From: Octopus vulgaris
Lineage: Eukaryota
Length of the DNA: 64,000 bases
NCBI GenBank assembly: GCA_951406725.2
Contig: OX597828.1
Location: 26,722,001 to 26,786,000, forward strand
Direction of reading: 5' to 3'
Shown: one piece after another, positions 40,524 to 53,494 of the stretch
Numbering within the stretch: position 1 is the first letter of the stretch
Layout of the letters: each line of letters begins with the position of its first letter
Program-made: the position numbers and the translations under genes
The notes under the pieces: generated by a model
What the model was told of the DNA's origin: nothing
Seen by the model: the letters and a program-made list of their open reading frames with translations, nothing else
Database searches by the model: none

Positions 40524-40739
40524 GGGGACAACTGATGAAGGGAATGTTCTTTATGTTGTCTGTCTCGTTTCTCTGTTTGTTTCTTTCAAGGATGGGAAAA
40601 AGTTTGTTGTTTTTGATTTTTATGTTCTCGTTTCTCATTTTGTCTACGTTTTTTGATGGCCTGCACCCATATATGCATGTATATATACATATATATGTAG
40701 GTATGTACATATATATGTATATATATTTATATATTATAT

Positions 40740-40740
40740 C

Positions 40741-40792
<52 letters not shown>

Positions 40793-41091
40793 GTGTGTGT
40801 GTGTATATATATATGTGTGTGTATATATATATATGTGTGTATATATATATGTGTGTGTGTGTGTATATATATATGTGTGTGTGTATATATATATATATGT
40901 GTGTGTGTATATATGTGTGTGTGTATATATATATATATGTGTGTGTGTATATATGTGTGTGTATATATATATATATATGTGTGTGTATATATATATGTGT
41001 GTGTGTATATATATATGTGTGTGTGTGTATATATATGTGTGTGTGTATATATATGTGTGTGTGTATATATATATGTGTGTGTATATATATA

Positions 41092-41125
<34 letters not shown>
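40740..41125. repeat. (GT)n/(TA)n compound microsatellite
   Basis: Read directly from the sequence. Confidence 0.97.
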
Positions 41126-41126
<1 letters not shown>

Positions 41127-41563
41127 TGTGTTGTGTTTGTGTCCCCCACCAGTGATTGGTTGCCAGTGCTGGTTTTGTTTACTCTCCCATAACTTAGCAG
41201 TTTAGCATAGATTATTACAAATATCAGGTTTTTGAAAAAATAAGTACTTGGGTATATTTGTTTCCACATGATCCTTTCAAAGCTCCGTCCTTGTATGGCT
41301 GCCATCCAATGAGTGAAACACGTAAAAGTTAAATGTATCATGCTTTTTAAATAAAACGTTTAAATTCTGCATTACTACTTTGGAGGTGATGTATATTTGT
41401 GTGTATGTTTATGCGCATGTGTGTGTGTGTGTGTGTGTTTGTATATGGATCTTTGTATGTGCATGTGATTGTCTTTGTGTGTGTGTGTATGTGTGTGCAT
41501 CTGTACATTTATACACACGCTCAAAAACACATAGACACACTTGTATACCCCCTCCCCTCTCCT

Positions 41564-41602
<39 letters not shown>

Positions 41603-41993
41603 TCATTTACAAAGTTTTCAGGTCTGTCTATTTGCTAATACAAACTGTTTGTCCTATTGTGTGGTTGATAAAACTCTGCCACCATCACCCCCGCCACCAC
41701 CACCGCCGCTTAAAAGAACTATTGATGTTTACCACGTCTTTTCTTTCATAACAAATACTAACAGAAACGAAGTCTGTTGCTATCAGTTGCTTCTCTTCAT
41801 ATTATTTCTATCAATACTAGTTTAACTGTGGTTTTTAACTAAAGGCATTTTGTCAGTTTCGCTTTCGCTCACTTTCCACAAACTTCGAATTACCTCCGAC
41901 TCTTTCTTTCCATTCCTTTACTTCTGTCTGTCTGTCTCCTTTATTTCTTTCATTTTTGTTATGTTGTTTCTGTTTTGTGTATAAATCTGTGTA

Positions 41994-42035
<42 letters not shown>

Positions 42036-42076
42036 TAAATAAATAAATGGAGTTGAACGAAGATGTTAATAAAATT

Positions 42077-42169
42077 CCTTTACTTTCGACATATGTTTCG
42101 AAGACAGCATGGTTTTATTCCAAGGGAATAAACGGTGTAAGATGCAATCTTCTCATCAGGAAAGAAAGA
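42077..42169 (-). ncRNA. Type I hammerhead ribozyme
   Basis: Minus strand: stem I CTTTCTTTC, CTGATGA (42159-42153), stem II GAAGAT/GTCTTC with long extension, GAAAC (42099-42095), ATAT, GTC triplet (42090-42088), stem I' GAAAGTAAAG; all core nucleotides canonical. Confidence 0.85.
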
Positions 42170-42286
42170 GAGCCTCTCTCAACAACATAGAATAATTCAT
42201 TCACCCATCGAAATATATATAAACTTACTTGGAAATAGATATGTGATGTTCACTTAAATAATAATAGAAATAATATATATATATGA

Positions 42287-42727
42287 GTACAGGACATCAC
42301 CAGACCATCTTTTCCTGTATGATTTTCTAAGGACTGGACGTTTTTCTTTCTCTCTCTTCTATCTTTACTCTTTTCAAAGAAAATACTTCTCCCAGTGTTC
42401 ACTATTTTCCTCTCGTTCTGGTCTAACTACCCTCCATGTTTGTTTCCATTCGGTTTCCTTGTATGTCTCCACTATCCCATTTTTATTCCTAACTTTGACC
42501 CTCCATAAATCCAAAATTCTATTTGGGAATTTATGAGAGCAACTGTCTTCGAAGACTCATATTGTTGTTGAATGCTCGAAATGAGGAGTAGATAGACAGC
42601 CCCCAACTCATGAGGGGTTGTTCTGTGTTACTTGTCCTGTTTTCCATTTTTTTTCTCTTGTTGTTTACATATTTAACTCATTTGTTTTTGTACTTCATGT
42701 TGTTTACACAGTTAGTGATGTCCTGTA

Positions 42728-42728
<1 letters not shown>
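42287..42728. mobile_element. Element with 14-bp terminal inverted repeats in (TA)n
   Basis: GTACAGGACATCAC at 42287-42300 and GTGATGTCCTGTAC at 42715-42728; 3' part resembles 40519-40680. Confidence 0.6.
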
Positions 42729-42775
<47 letters not shown>

Positions 42776-43030
42776 CAGGACAAATAGCAAGCCTAAGATA
42801 AATATATAAAATAATGAAAAACTTTTTATGTCAGTTAAAGAAAGTAAGAAAAGTAAAGTGTAATTTTAAAAAAAAATCTAGGCATGAATGCCACCACTTC
42901 CGCATAGAAAAAAAATATAATTTCATATTGCAAGTGTTGTAATTTTTAATGAATTTTTTTTTATATACGTGACATCTTGAAGACAGTGAAAGCAAAAAGA
43001 ACAACTACAATATATATATATATATATATA

Positions 43031-43430
43031 GGCACAGGAGTGGTTGTGTGGTAAGTAGCTTGCTTACCAACCACATGTTTCTTGGTTCAGTCCCACTGTG
43101 TGGTACCTTAGGCAAGTGTCCTCTGCTATAGCCTCGGGTTGACCAAAGCCTTGTGAGTGGATTTGATCGACGGGAATTGGAAGAAGCACATTGTATGTAT
43201 GTATGTAACATACTTGTGTGTCTGAATTTGTCCCCCATCAACATCGCTTGACAACTGATGCTGGTCTGTTTATGTCCCTGTAACTTAGTGGTTCGGCAAA
43301 ATAGACCGATAGAATAAGTACTGGGCTTACAAAGAATAAATAACTTCTGGGGTCGATTTGCTCGACTAAAGGTTGTGCTCCAGCATGGCCACAGTCAAAT
43401 GACTGAAACAAGTAAAAGAATAAAAGAATA
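43031..43430 (+). mobile_element. CORE-type SINE (family A), full length
   Basis: Similarity to 37665-38079. Confidence 0.9.
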
Positions 43431-44071
43431 TATATATAATTAGGAATTGATTTTTTTTTTTTTTGTTAATTTTTAAAAGACGTTATTGTTTTGTCCAAAA
43501 TTAAAATAAGATTTTTTGATTTGTTTTTGTTGTTTTTGCTGATTTTTTTTTTCTTGTTATTCTCTGGAGAATCCAATAAAATGCTTTTTCAGCAAAAATA
43601 TGCCATCTTTCTCTTGTTTTGCATGCAATTAAGTTTGTTATTCTTTCAACTAGTGGTGGTGATGGTAGCAGTGGTCTTGGTGATGCTGTAGTTATTCATA
43701 TTGGTGATGATGATGTTGATTTTTCTTTAAAAATCATCCACCCCTCCCCCTTTCTTTCAAAATGTAAATCCATTAAAATCCATCAGTTCTTGAATTGCGT
43801 TTTGTTTTTTCTTCTCCTCTTTCCTCCTCCTTTCTTTTTTGTCTTCTCCTTCTCTTTCACCTTTTTCGTCACCTTCTTTTTCATTCAACTATCACTGTCA
43901 CTTTCCTTTCAACTTTCTTTAAAAACTCTCTTTTTTCTTTCTCTCCCCTCCCACTCTAACACACACACACACACATACACACACATATAGAGAGGGAGAG
44001 AGAGAGAAGTTGAGATTAATATGTATATCAATCTGATTACTTGTGTGTGTGTGTGTGTGTGTGTATATATT

Positions 44072-44102
<31 letters not shown>

Positions 44103-44183
44103 ACACTTGGAAATGGATGCACACGCACACACAAATCTACAAATGTAACTACCTTCTTACCTCCCTTTGTCTTGATCTCTTTC

Positions 44184-44548
44184 TAACCTCTACCATAGCG
44201 AAGGTGGAGGTATTGTTTTCAGTCATGTTTGTTTGTTTGTCCATGGACAAGATATCTCAAGAATCACTGGATGGAAATCAGATGAAGCTTTCAGAAATAT
44301 TTGGCCTCGTGACTGGCACAAACTGATTAGATTTTGGGATCAATCTGGTACCGGACAAGGATTCTAGATTATTTTTCCTGTTTTTTTTTTTTTTACTTAA
44401 TTTTTGAGAGCATTCACGTTCATCTTTAGTATTCTCGCTTGTGAGAACAGTCAAGTTTATTTCAGATATTGTTATTTTAAAAGTTACCGTTAAGAGGACG
44501 TTAGTCTTGCCTTGGCAGAGGTTTGCCCTCTCTGAGTGCTCGTCATTT
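44184..44548 (+). mobile_element. Helentron/DINE-1-like non-autonomous element (HINE)
   Basis: 5' subTIR palindrome ACCTCTACC..GGTGGAGGT, (GTTT)n, 3' subTIR TGGCAGAGGT and hairpin GCCCTCTCTGAGTGC, T-rich flanks. Confidence 0.75.
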
Positions 44549-46179
44549 CTACGAATGACTTCAAAATTTTGCCATTCATTATTTTCACCTTGATAAATTC
44601 TAATGGTTGTTGCCAAGATTTTGATAACTATTGGTTATTAGTTTATCAGTCTTGCAACATTCTTAGTAGAATCGTCTTTCTACTTTGGTGCTCAAAAGTA
44701 ACTTACGTTGGATCCCATTTAAATCTCGTAAACCTAAACATCAACCATTTACAGAAGTTGTATGATTGAGGTTAAAAGAAAGAAATAATTTCCTTCCTGG
44801 CTGCCGAACGAACAACATTGATATTAAATGCAATATGACAAATGTGAAAAGAAATTCAGAGTCTCCAAAGCAACATGTCTACTTAGATTCATTTTTATTT
44901 CTTGCAAAATATCCAAATTCCAGAAAGACCTTATTCATCTGGACGTATTTTGGGCTTTACATTGCTGCAGGCATAACAGTGTAGTATGAAGTTTGTTTCC
45001 CAATCACATAGTTCTTTTTAAGCACCATCCGAACGTGGCCGATGCCAGCGCCGCCTTGACTGGCTTCTGTGCCGGTGGCACGTAAAAAGCACCAACCGAT
45101 CGTGGCTGCTGCCAGCCTCCCCTGGCACTTTGTGAGTGGATTTGGAAGATGGAAACTGAGAGAAGCCAATCGTATATATGTATGCATGTATGTATTTGTG
45201 TGTTTGATTTGTTCCCCCACCATTGCTTGACAATTGATGTTGGTGTGTTTATGTCCCTGTAACTTAGCAGTTTGGCAAAAGAGACTGATAGAATAAGTAA
45301 TAGGCTTACAAAGAATAAGGCCTAGGGTCAATTTGTCCAACTAAAGGTGGTGCTCCAGCATGGCTGCAGTCAAATGACTGAAACAAGGAAAAGAATAATA
45401 GAATATTTCACCAAATTCCTCTGTCGTACACAGATGGTTTGTTCTATCACCTGGCTTCTAAACTGCTTTGGCTCTGTTTTCTACATTCATTTCCAAAGAT
45501 TATATTGTGACAGATACAAGAAGTCCAGGTACAACACCAACTTTGTGGCCACGGATGATCCAGCACCTCTTATAATGCTCTCTAATTTATGAGCTGGAAC
45601 TTATCTTCAGATTCCTGCTGCCATCATACTAGTTTACTATTCGGCAGCCTTCTTTTGTAGTACCTTGTGCAGTACAGTATTAAGAAACTTGTATCATTTA
45701 TACTAATGTACAGGTACCTGTATTTCCTTTTGATTATTTGAAAAAATTTACTATTTCCTTTAGAGCTGACTACCTTTGGTTTGGAAAAATCAGTAATCCA
45801 GGATGACTTTGGGATTAAGGGTTCTGGATAAACAATGTTTTACCTGGATATACAAATGGCAGAAAGTAAAAGGCACAGCTACATAATCATCATCATCGTT
45901 TAACGTCCGTTCTCATGCTAGCCATGGGAGAGTGACCAGGCTCCGGTCTTATCTGGCAATGTTTCTACAGCTGGATAAGACCGGAGCCTGGTGCAGCCTC
46001 CTGGCTTCCCAGATCCCGGTTTTTGATATTTGGAAGATAATAAGGCTGGGAGCTGGCAGAATCATTACTGTACCAGGCAAAATGCTCAACGGCATTTCAT
46101 CAGCTTTGTGTTCTGAGTTCAAATTCTGCCAAGGTCGACTTGGCCTTTCATCCTTTCAGGACTGATAAAATAAAGTACC

Positions 46180-46410
46180 TATTTCTTTATTACCCACAAG
46201 GGGGTAAACACAGAGAGGACAAACAAAGACAGACAAACGGATTAAGTCGATTATATCGACCCCAGTGCATAACTGGTACTTATTTAATCGACCCCGAAAG
46301 GATGAAAGGCAAAGTCGACCTCGGCGGAATTTGAACTCAGAACGTAGCGGCAGACGAAATATCGCTAAGCATTTCGCCCGGCCTGCTAATGTTTCTGCCA
46401 GCTCGCCGCC
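46180..46410 (-). mobile_element. Young family B SINE nested antisense in an older family B copy (46025-46520)
   Basis: 17-bp direct repeat TGATAAAATAAAGTACC at 46163-46179 and 46411-46427. Confidence 0.9.
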
Positions 46411-46984
46411 TGATAAAATAAAGTACCAGTTGAGTACTAGGGGGGAGGGGTGGGTCAGTGTAATTGACTTACCCATTCTCTGAACTTGCCTGTCTTAAGC
46501 CAAAATTAGAAACCAGTAATTGGGAAGAGAGTCTCAGAAAGTAGATTTGACATCTCTCATCAACAATGTTCTTCTTCTAAAGTGTGTCGTTTCTTTTCTT
46601 TCTTTACTTGTTTCAATCATTGAACTGCTGCCATGCTGGGTCACCTCTTCGGTGGTTTTTTTTAATCAAAATGACCCCAGTGTTTAGTTCCAGGACATAA
46701 ACAAACCAAGACTGGTTATCAAGTAGTTGTGGGGGACAAACACATACACACACGCATGTATACGTATAAAGTGGGCTTCATTCAGTTTCCACATGCCAGA
46801 TCCACTTGCAAGACTTTGGTTGTTGCAGGACTACAGTAAAAGACACTTGCCCAAAGTGCCATGCTGTGGGACTGAACCTGGAACCCTGAGCTATCATTTT
46901 CACTCTTAGTTGTAACAATATCACCTCCATTATCATCATCTTACAGCATTTTCATCACTCTCACCATCCTTTTCAATGGAAACT

Positions 46985-47125
46985 GTAATAATCCCTCCAC
47001 CCCCACCCCCCACCACCACTATCATCACTATTATCATCATCATTGTCATGAGCTGTAGCCATTACCACCACCATGATAATTATCACCGCATTATTACGAT
47101 TTTAATCACCACTGATACCACCACC

Positions 47126-47157
<32 letters not shown>

Positions 47158-47600
47158 CATCATCACCACCACCATCATCATCATCACCACCACCATCATC
47201 ATCATCACCATCATCATTATCAACACTGCTCAATACCATTATGCCTACGTCTATTGTGTCATTATCACCATGACCTTCATAATGAACAGCAGCAGCAGCA
47301 GTCATCATCATCATCATCATCGTTCATATCATAATTGTCATTATATTCTTCAGTATTGTCATAAACATAAGCTATTGTTATCATCATCATCCTCGTCATT
47401 GTTGCTATTATCATCGTTGTTATCATCACCAGTGATGCTGTCGTTATCGTCATCATCATCACAGTTATTGTCATCATCAGTTTAGTGGTCATCGTCATAT
47501 CATCATTATCATCATTTTCATTATCGTATAACCATCATTGTTATCATCATCATCATCATTATCATCCTCCTCGGCCTCATCATCGTCATCATCATATCAT
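46985..47600. repeat. Imperfect (CAT)n/(CAC)n low-complexity tract
   Basis: Read directly from the sequence. Confidence 0.9.
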
Positions 47601-48319
47601 TGACAATTTCTGTTTTCAAATTCTGCTCAGACTTCTTCCTCCTCCTCTTCTCTTCTCTCTGCCCCCTCCTTCCCTCCTCCACCTCTTCTTCATCAAGGAA
47701 TTCTGAGAATTTAATAAATCTCCTAAACTTGGAGCTGTTAAACATCCAGATTTATGGGCAATGTGTTATTTTGCTGATGGCTTCTTACCCTGCGTCTGCT
47801 AAGCGGGTGGAGGGAGGGTGGGTGAAGGTGGGGAAGGACATAAGGAGTGGGGAGTGACAGTTGAAGGGTAAATGTGAGGGTGGCGGCCTCTCTATATGTG
47901 TGTGTGTTTCATCAATGTGAGTAGATACAGAAATGCATGTATATGTGCATGGGTTTATATGGATGTATGTATGTATGTATATGTTTGTGGCCATGTGTGT
48001 GTTTGTCTGCATGTCAGTGTGTGTGAGAGTGTAGTCACAGCCTATAATAGAAAGCTTGCCAGAAGGGATACCTGTAAAATTGTGGGGGAGTACATGTGTA
48101 TTTTGGCAGCATGGGTGTGCACATTTGCGGATGTGTGTCTGTGAATGTGTGATATTTTTATGCATGGTTTTTTGTATGCATGTGTTTAAGTTCTCTGAAT
48201 GTGTGTATGTATCTGTGTATGTTGCCGAGTGTCTCTAGCGAGGGTGTCTATATGTCTGCTTGGTACCCGAAGCAGAGGTATAGCTTGATGAAGGGATATA
48301 TTGGTAAGTTAGAGGATGT

Positions 48320-48549
48320 ACTCTTACTCTCTCTTTTACTCTTTTACTTGTTTCAGTCATTTGACTGCGGCCATGCTGGAGCACCGCCTTTAATCGAGCA
48401 ACTCGACCCCGGGACTTATTCTTTTGTAAGCCCAGTACTTCTTCTATCGATCTCGTTTGCTGAACCGCTAAGTAACAGGGACATAAACACACCAGCATCG
48501 GTTGTCAAGCAATGCTAGGGGGACAAACACAGACACACAAACACACACA

Positions 48550-48586
<37 letters not shown>

Positions 48587-49272
48587 CTCTATATAAACGG
48601 CAGTTTGTCTGTGCGTGTTTCTGTGTGTCTGTTTTCTCGTACCCTCACTCTGACCACGGCTTTCAACCGATTCTGATGAAACTTGACACACACATAGCCC
48701 AATGTCATAATTCAAAACTAACGCAGCGAAAATTTTTAAAAGTTCCCCCAGTTCTGAAAAATCGATAAATTCGACATGGGGTCGAGAATGAGAAACCCAA
48801 ACCACAGACCGTCTAGGGACGCAACTCCACCTGTTTTAACTCTCAAAAAAATTTACCATCATTTTTTTTCCATTTTTTTGCTATTTTTTGGCTATAACTC
48901 TCTAAAAATGCTTTATAGTTATTTCCCTTACAAACCTGAGCAACGCCGGGCGATACTGCTAGTATATATATATATACATATATACGACGGGCTTCTTTTC
49001 AGTTTCCGTCTACCAAATCCACTCACAAGGCTTTGGTTGGCCCGAGGCTATAGTAGAAGACACTTGCCCAAGATGCCACGCAGTGGGACACCAGCATCGG
49101 TTGTCAAGCAATGCTAGGGGGACAAACACAGACACACACATGCATATATATATATATATATATACATATATATACGACGGGCTTCTTTTCAGTTTCCGTC
49201 TACCAAATCCACTCACAAGGCTTTGGTTGGCCCGAGGCTATAGTAGAAGACACTTGCCCAAGGTGCCACGCA
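48320..49272 (-). mobile_element. Family A SINE with a Helitron insertion and an internal tandem duplication
   Basis: The segment ACACCAGCATCGG...GCCACGCAG occurs twice; only the first copy contains the Helitron. Confidence 0.88.
48582..48962 (+). mobile_element. Non-autonomous Helitron (second family)
   Basis: A|TCTCTCTCTATATAAACGGC ... CCTGAGCAACGCCGGG .. CTAG|T; shares only its termini with 2346-2709. Confidence 0.85.
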
Positions 49273-50967
49273 GAATAACAACAAGCACAATAACAACAGC
49301 AGTAATTATAACATGAAATACCAGCAGCATAATGCGTGTGATACATAATAATACAAACAGCATCATCATCAGCATCAACAAGAGTGCTTCTACATGGTAG
49401 CTTGAGCAGCTAGAAATAGCAGCCAAATCTTGCTCAAATTTACCCTCTGCAATATAGGAAGAGAACAAGGACACATTGGTTAGTATCATGTGTGGTAGGT
49501 ACACTTTTGGGCTTAAAGAGAAAAATAGACATTTATAAGCACAGACATGGCTGTACAGTTCCAGGTTCAGTCTCACTGCTTGGCACCTTGGGCATCTTCT
49601 ATTATAGCCTCGAGCTGCCCAAAGCCTTATCAGTGGAGGTGTACTCGGGCATCTGTGTCTGTCCCTCAACACCACTTGACAGCCAGCATGGTCACAATCT
49701 AATGACCGAAACAAAAGAATACTGGATGATCATGGGTGGAATGTCTTCAATCACAAGTCTGCTCAAAAAGTCTTGTGATCTTGGTGCTAAACAAAAGTAC
49801 AACAATAATGAGCTTATAAGAGGCTCTATATGGTCATTGAACTTGCTAGAGAAAGCAGCCACTCACCCTAATATTTCTCAACCATAAAAGGATCTATTTG
49901 ATAAAGTAGTCCTAGATACACTCTGTTGGACAATAAAGAAGGTGATGGTCATGGATGGAATCGATATGTCTGGTCTGTTAGGGTTAAACCACAACTACTG
50001 GCTGTGTGGTTAAGAAGCTTGCATTGTAACCACAGGGTTTTGAGTTCAGCCCCATTGCATGGTACTTTGAACAGGTGTCTTACTTATACCATGGCCCCTA
50101 GCCAACCACTCCCTTTTGAGTGAATTTGGTTGATGGAAACTGTGTGGAAGCTCATGTGTCTACATGTGGTGTGTGTGTGTTAATTCCCTGCTGCTTGACC
50201 ACTGGTGTTGGTTTGTTTACATCTCTGTAGTTTAGCAGTTCAGCGAAAGAGACTGACAGAAGTGCTGCAGGTGATTTGTCAGACTCAGCCTTTCAAGATG
50301 GTGCCCCAGCATGGCCACAGTCCAATGACTAAAACAAACATAAAAGCAAAAAAGATATCCTTATATTCATTGTTCAACATTTATTTACTTTTTGTTGCTT
50401 GATTGCTTTCTGGGTTCAAATCTTGCTGGTGCCAACTGTTACATTTATTCACCCGAGGTCAGCAAAATTCTTTGTATTATAGGCACAGGGCCTGAAGCTT
50501 CATGGTGATGGGGACAAGTTGATTACATCCACCCCACTGTTTGCCTGGTACTCGTTTTATTGACCCCACAAGGATGAAAGACAAAACCATCCTTGGTGGA
50601 ATTAGAACTTAGAACATAAAACTGCAAAAAATGCAGCTAAGAATTTCAGAGAGGGAGAGTGATGATGGTGGAAGGGAGTGGCAGGGATGGAGAGTGATGA
50701 TGTTAGATGGGGTGGCAGGGGTGGAGAGTGATGATGGGAGTGATGCTGATAGATGGGAGGTGGCAGAGGTGGAGTGAATTTCTTAGATGGAAATTGACAT
50801 TTGCTCAATTTGCTATGCTGTGGGATTGAACCCTGGCCCTTTTCATTGGACTGTGATTAAGCTAGGGAGAGCCTGGTCCTTACTTAACCCATTAGGCATT
50901 CAGATCACTTAGTCAAACGCATTATCTTGTAGTTTTGAGGTTTCAATGATGTGACTGTTTATTTTCA

Positions 50968-51314
50968 TGGAAATCGTAGCTGTGATACCAGTGCTGGTGG
51001 CACATAAGAGAATCATCCGAATGTGGCCTTTGTCAGCGCCGCCCCAACTGCCTCTGTGCCAGTGGCACGTAAAAAGCACCATCCGATCGTGGCCGTTGCC
51101 AGCCTCGTCTGGCATCTGTGCCGGTGGCACGTAAAAAGCACCCACTACACTCATGGAGTGGTTGGCGTTAGGAAGGGCATCCAGCCATAGAAACATTGCC
51201 AGATCAGACTGGGCCTGGTGCACCCTTCTGGCTTCCCGGACCCAGTTGAACCGTCCAACCCATGCCAGCATGGAAACCAGACGCTAAACGATGATGATGA
51301 TGATGATGATGATG
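50968..51314 (+). mobile_element. RTE-type 3' end (family C) splitting a TTAA MITE (50883-51415)
   Basis: Near-identical to 1525-1853; MITE sequence resumes at GACATTGTAGGGTAGGTG. Confidence 0.82.
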
Positions 51315-52341
51315 ACATTGTAGGGTAGGTGTAAGAGGCTGAATCTGGCCATTTTGAACAGAAAACAGCTAGAATAGCTGGACTGGATATAACTGGTTTA
51401 AATGCCAAATGGATAAATGGTTAAGTCACTCTCTATTTTCATACATACATTGTTACCGTTGTTGAGTGTTGTCCCATTTCTAACAGAACCAGTCCTGCCT
51501 GATTCTAATCCTGTCTGGTGCAGGGTAACAACAGATCTTATATTAAAACACCCAGTGCCAAATGGGAATCAAACCAATTTGAATATAGTGCTGATCTTTT
51601 GTCCTTTATTTTTTTTTTTGTACTTGTTTCAGTGATTGGATGGCACCCATGCTGGAGCACCACCTTGAAGGGGTTTTATCCAACCATTGGCAAACTGTGG
51701 TCCACAACACTTTCTGAATGACATGCCTAATGGTAAACTTACCAGAAGACACTTGTCCATGGTACTCCGTAGTGGGACTGAACCCAAAACCATTTGGCTC
51801 CAAATTGAGGTTGTTAACCACACAGCCATGCCTGCATCTATAGCTGATGTAAAATGATTTTATTTGATTTTATTTACTTCTTGTGAGTAAACATGTCATT
51901 TCTTCAGATGTGGTTAATAGTCCGAAAAATTGTAATCGTATCATCTTAGACATTTGCAGTATTTAATAGATTATCTCCTGGTTTAAACAAGGTGATGCAA
52001 AATGAACAAACAAAGAAAAAAAAAAGTGGGGGGGGGATCCTTTAAAATTGGAATTGATAAACTGGAATTGAATTGAATTGAACTGTAAAAAGAAAGAAAA
52101 AAATCTGAAAAAGAGAAAAATATTGAAGTTTATAAAAAAACAACAAAAATCTATGTAATTACTTTCAATGATAATAAATTAAATTGAATTGTATTGAATT
52201 CAATTGATTAGAATCGAATCTCTGATTTTATAATTATTTTCATACAATGTTGGTGATAATTCAAATGTGAAGATCTGTTTTGTTTAGCATTGTTTTCCCC
52301 TTTTTTTTTTTGGTCATTTGTTAATATGTATGTGTGATATA

Positions 52342-52372
<31 letters not shown>

Positions 52373-53461
52373 TCTTTTTGGAAAGTATTTAAAGTAATTC
52401 TTGGTTGTTGGAAATGTGATAGCGGTGGTGGTGAAGTGTTCATTGTGTGTGTGTGTGTTTTTAGCCCCCCTTCCCCTCCCGGTCAGTCCTGGTCACTAAT
52501 TCTATGATGAAAGGTGGACAAATCTTAATCATCCTGTCTTTTTATCTCCTACCAGTTTCGGTTCATTGGACCATGGCCCTGCTGAGGCATCACCTGGAAT
52601 TGAAGGGTTTTAGTCGAACAAATTGTTCCTAATATTTATTTTCATTTTAAAAATCAAGTTGTTATTCTATTGGTCACTTTTGATACACTGTGAATTTGCT
52701 GGGACATAAACAAACCAATACCAGTCATGGAGCAGTGACAGGGTCAGACACAAGTACAAAGAGACATGCACACTTATATGGTGGTCTTCAGCATAGTTTC
52801 CGTCTATGAAAATTACTCCTAAGGCATTGGTTGGACCAGAGCTAGAGTTTAAGACACTGGCCCAAGGTGCCACAGAGTGAGATTGAACTCAAGACTGCAT
52901 GGTTGCAAAGCGAACCTCTTAGCAACCGTGTCTGGGCATTTATTGTCTTTTTGTTTTAATTTTCCTAGAATAATGTATTTTGGAATATATTAATCAATGT
53001 GTTCTTTATTTTTTCTGTTTTTAAAGACATTATTTTGTAATTTGAGTCAAATTTAATTGCTACATTTGGGCTGTTCCTTTAATGCTGTTGTTGTTTAATG
53101 TTGATCATTAGCCCTAGGTCAGTCCTAATGGATAACTGATTTATGGCCAAAAAAAGCACTAAAGCACTCCAGCCATTTGTTTCCTGACACAGTTTATCTA
53201 AGAGTGGTTCTCAACAGAACTCCATGTGGCCCTTTGAGGGTTCATGGAGGATTTTGCTGTTGAAATTCGTGCAACAAATTGGTTCTACTTTTGCAATATG
53301 CAAAACATTTTAACAATGTTTTTATACAATTACTTATAGTATTTAATTATAAAAATATAACAAGGTTTTTAGGCATCACCTGAAAGTCAGGTTGAAAAAG
53401 GAGAGCAAGTATGAACTGAAAGAAAAAGGGTGAGGAGAAGGAGATTGGGAGAGGAAGGTGG

Positions 53462-53494
<33 letters not shown>

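Noticed and set aside
40519-40562. CTGATGA hammerhead candidate
   Set aside because: No downstream GAAA or cleavage triplet; it folds as a simple hairpin
46976-47706. Poly-His/Ile/Ser ORFs
   Set aside because: (CAT)n low complexity with no splice or domain evidence
48670-48690. CTGATGAAAC hammerhead candidate
   Set aside because: No stem II; this is a common internal motif of Helitron-like elements
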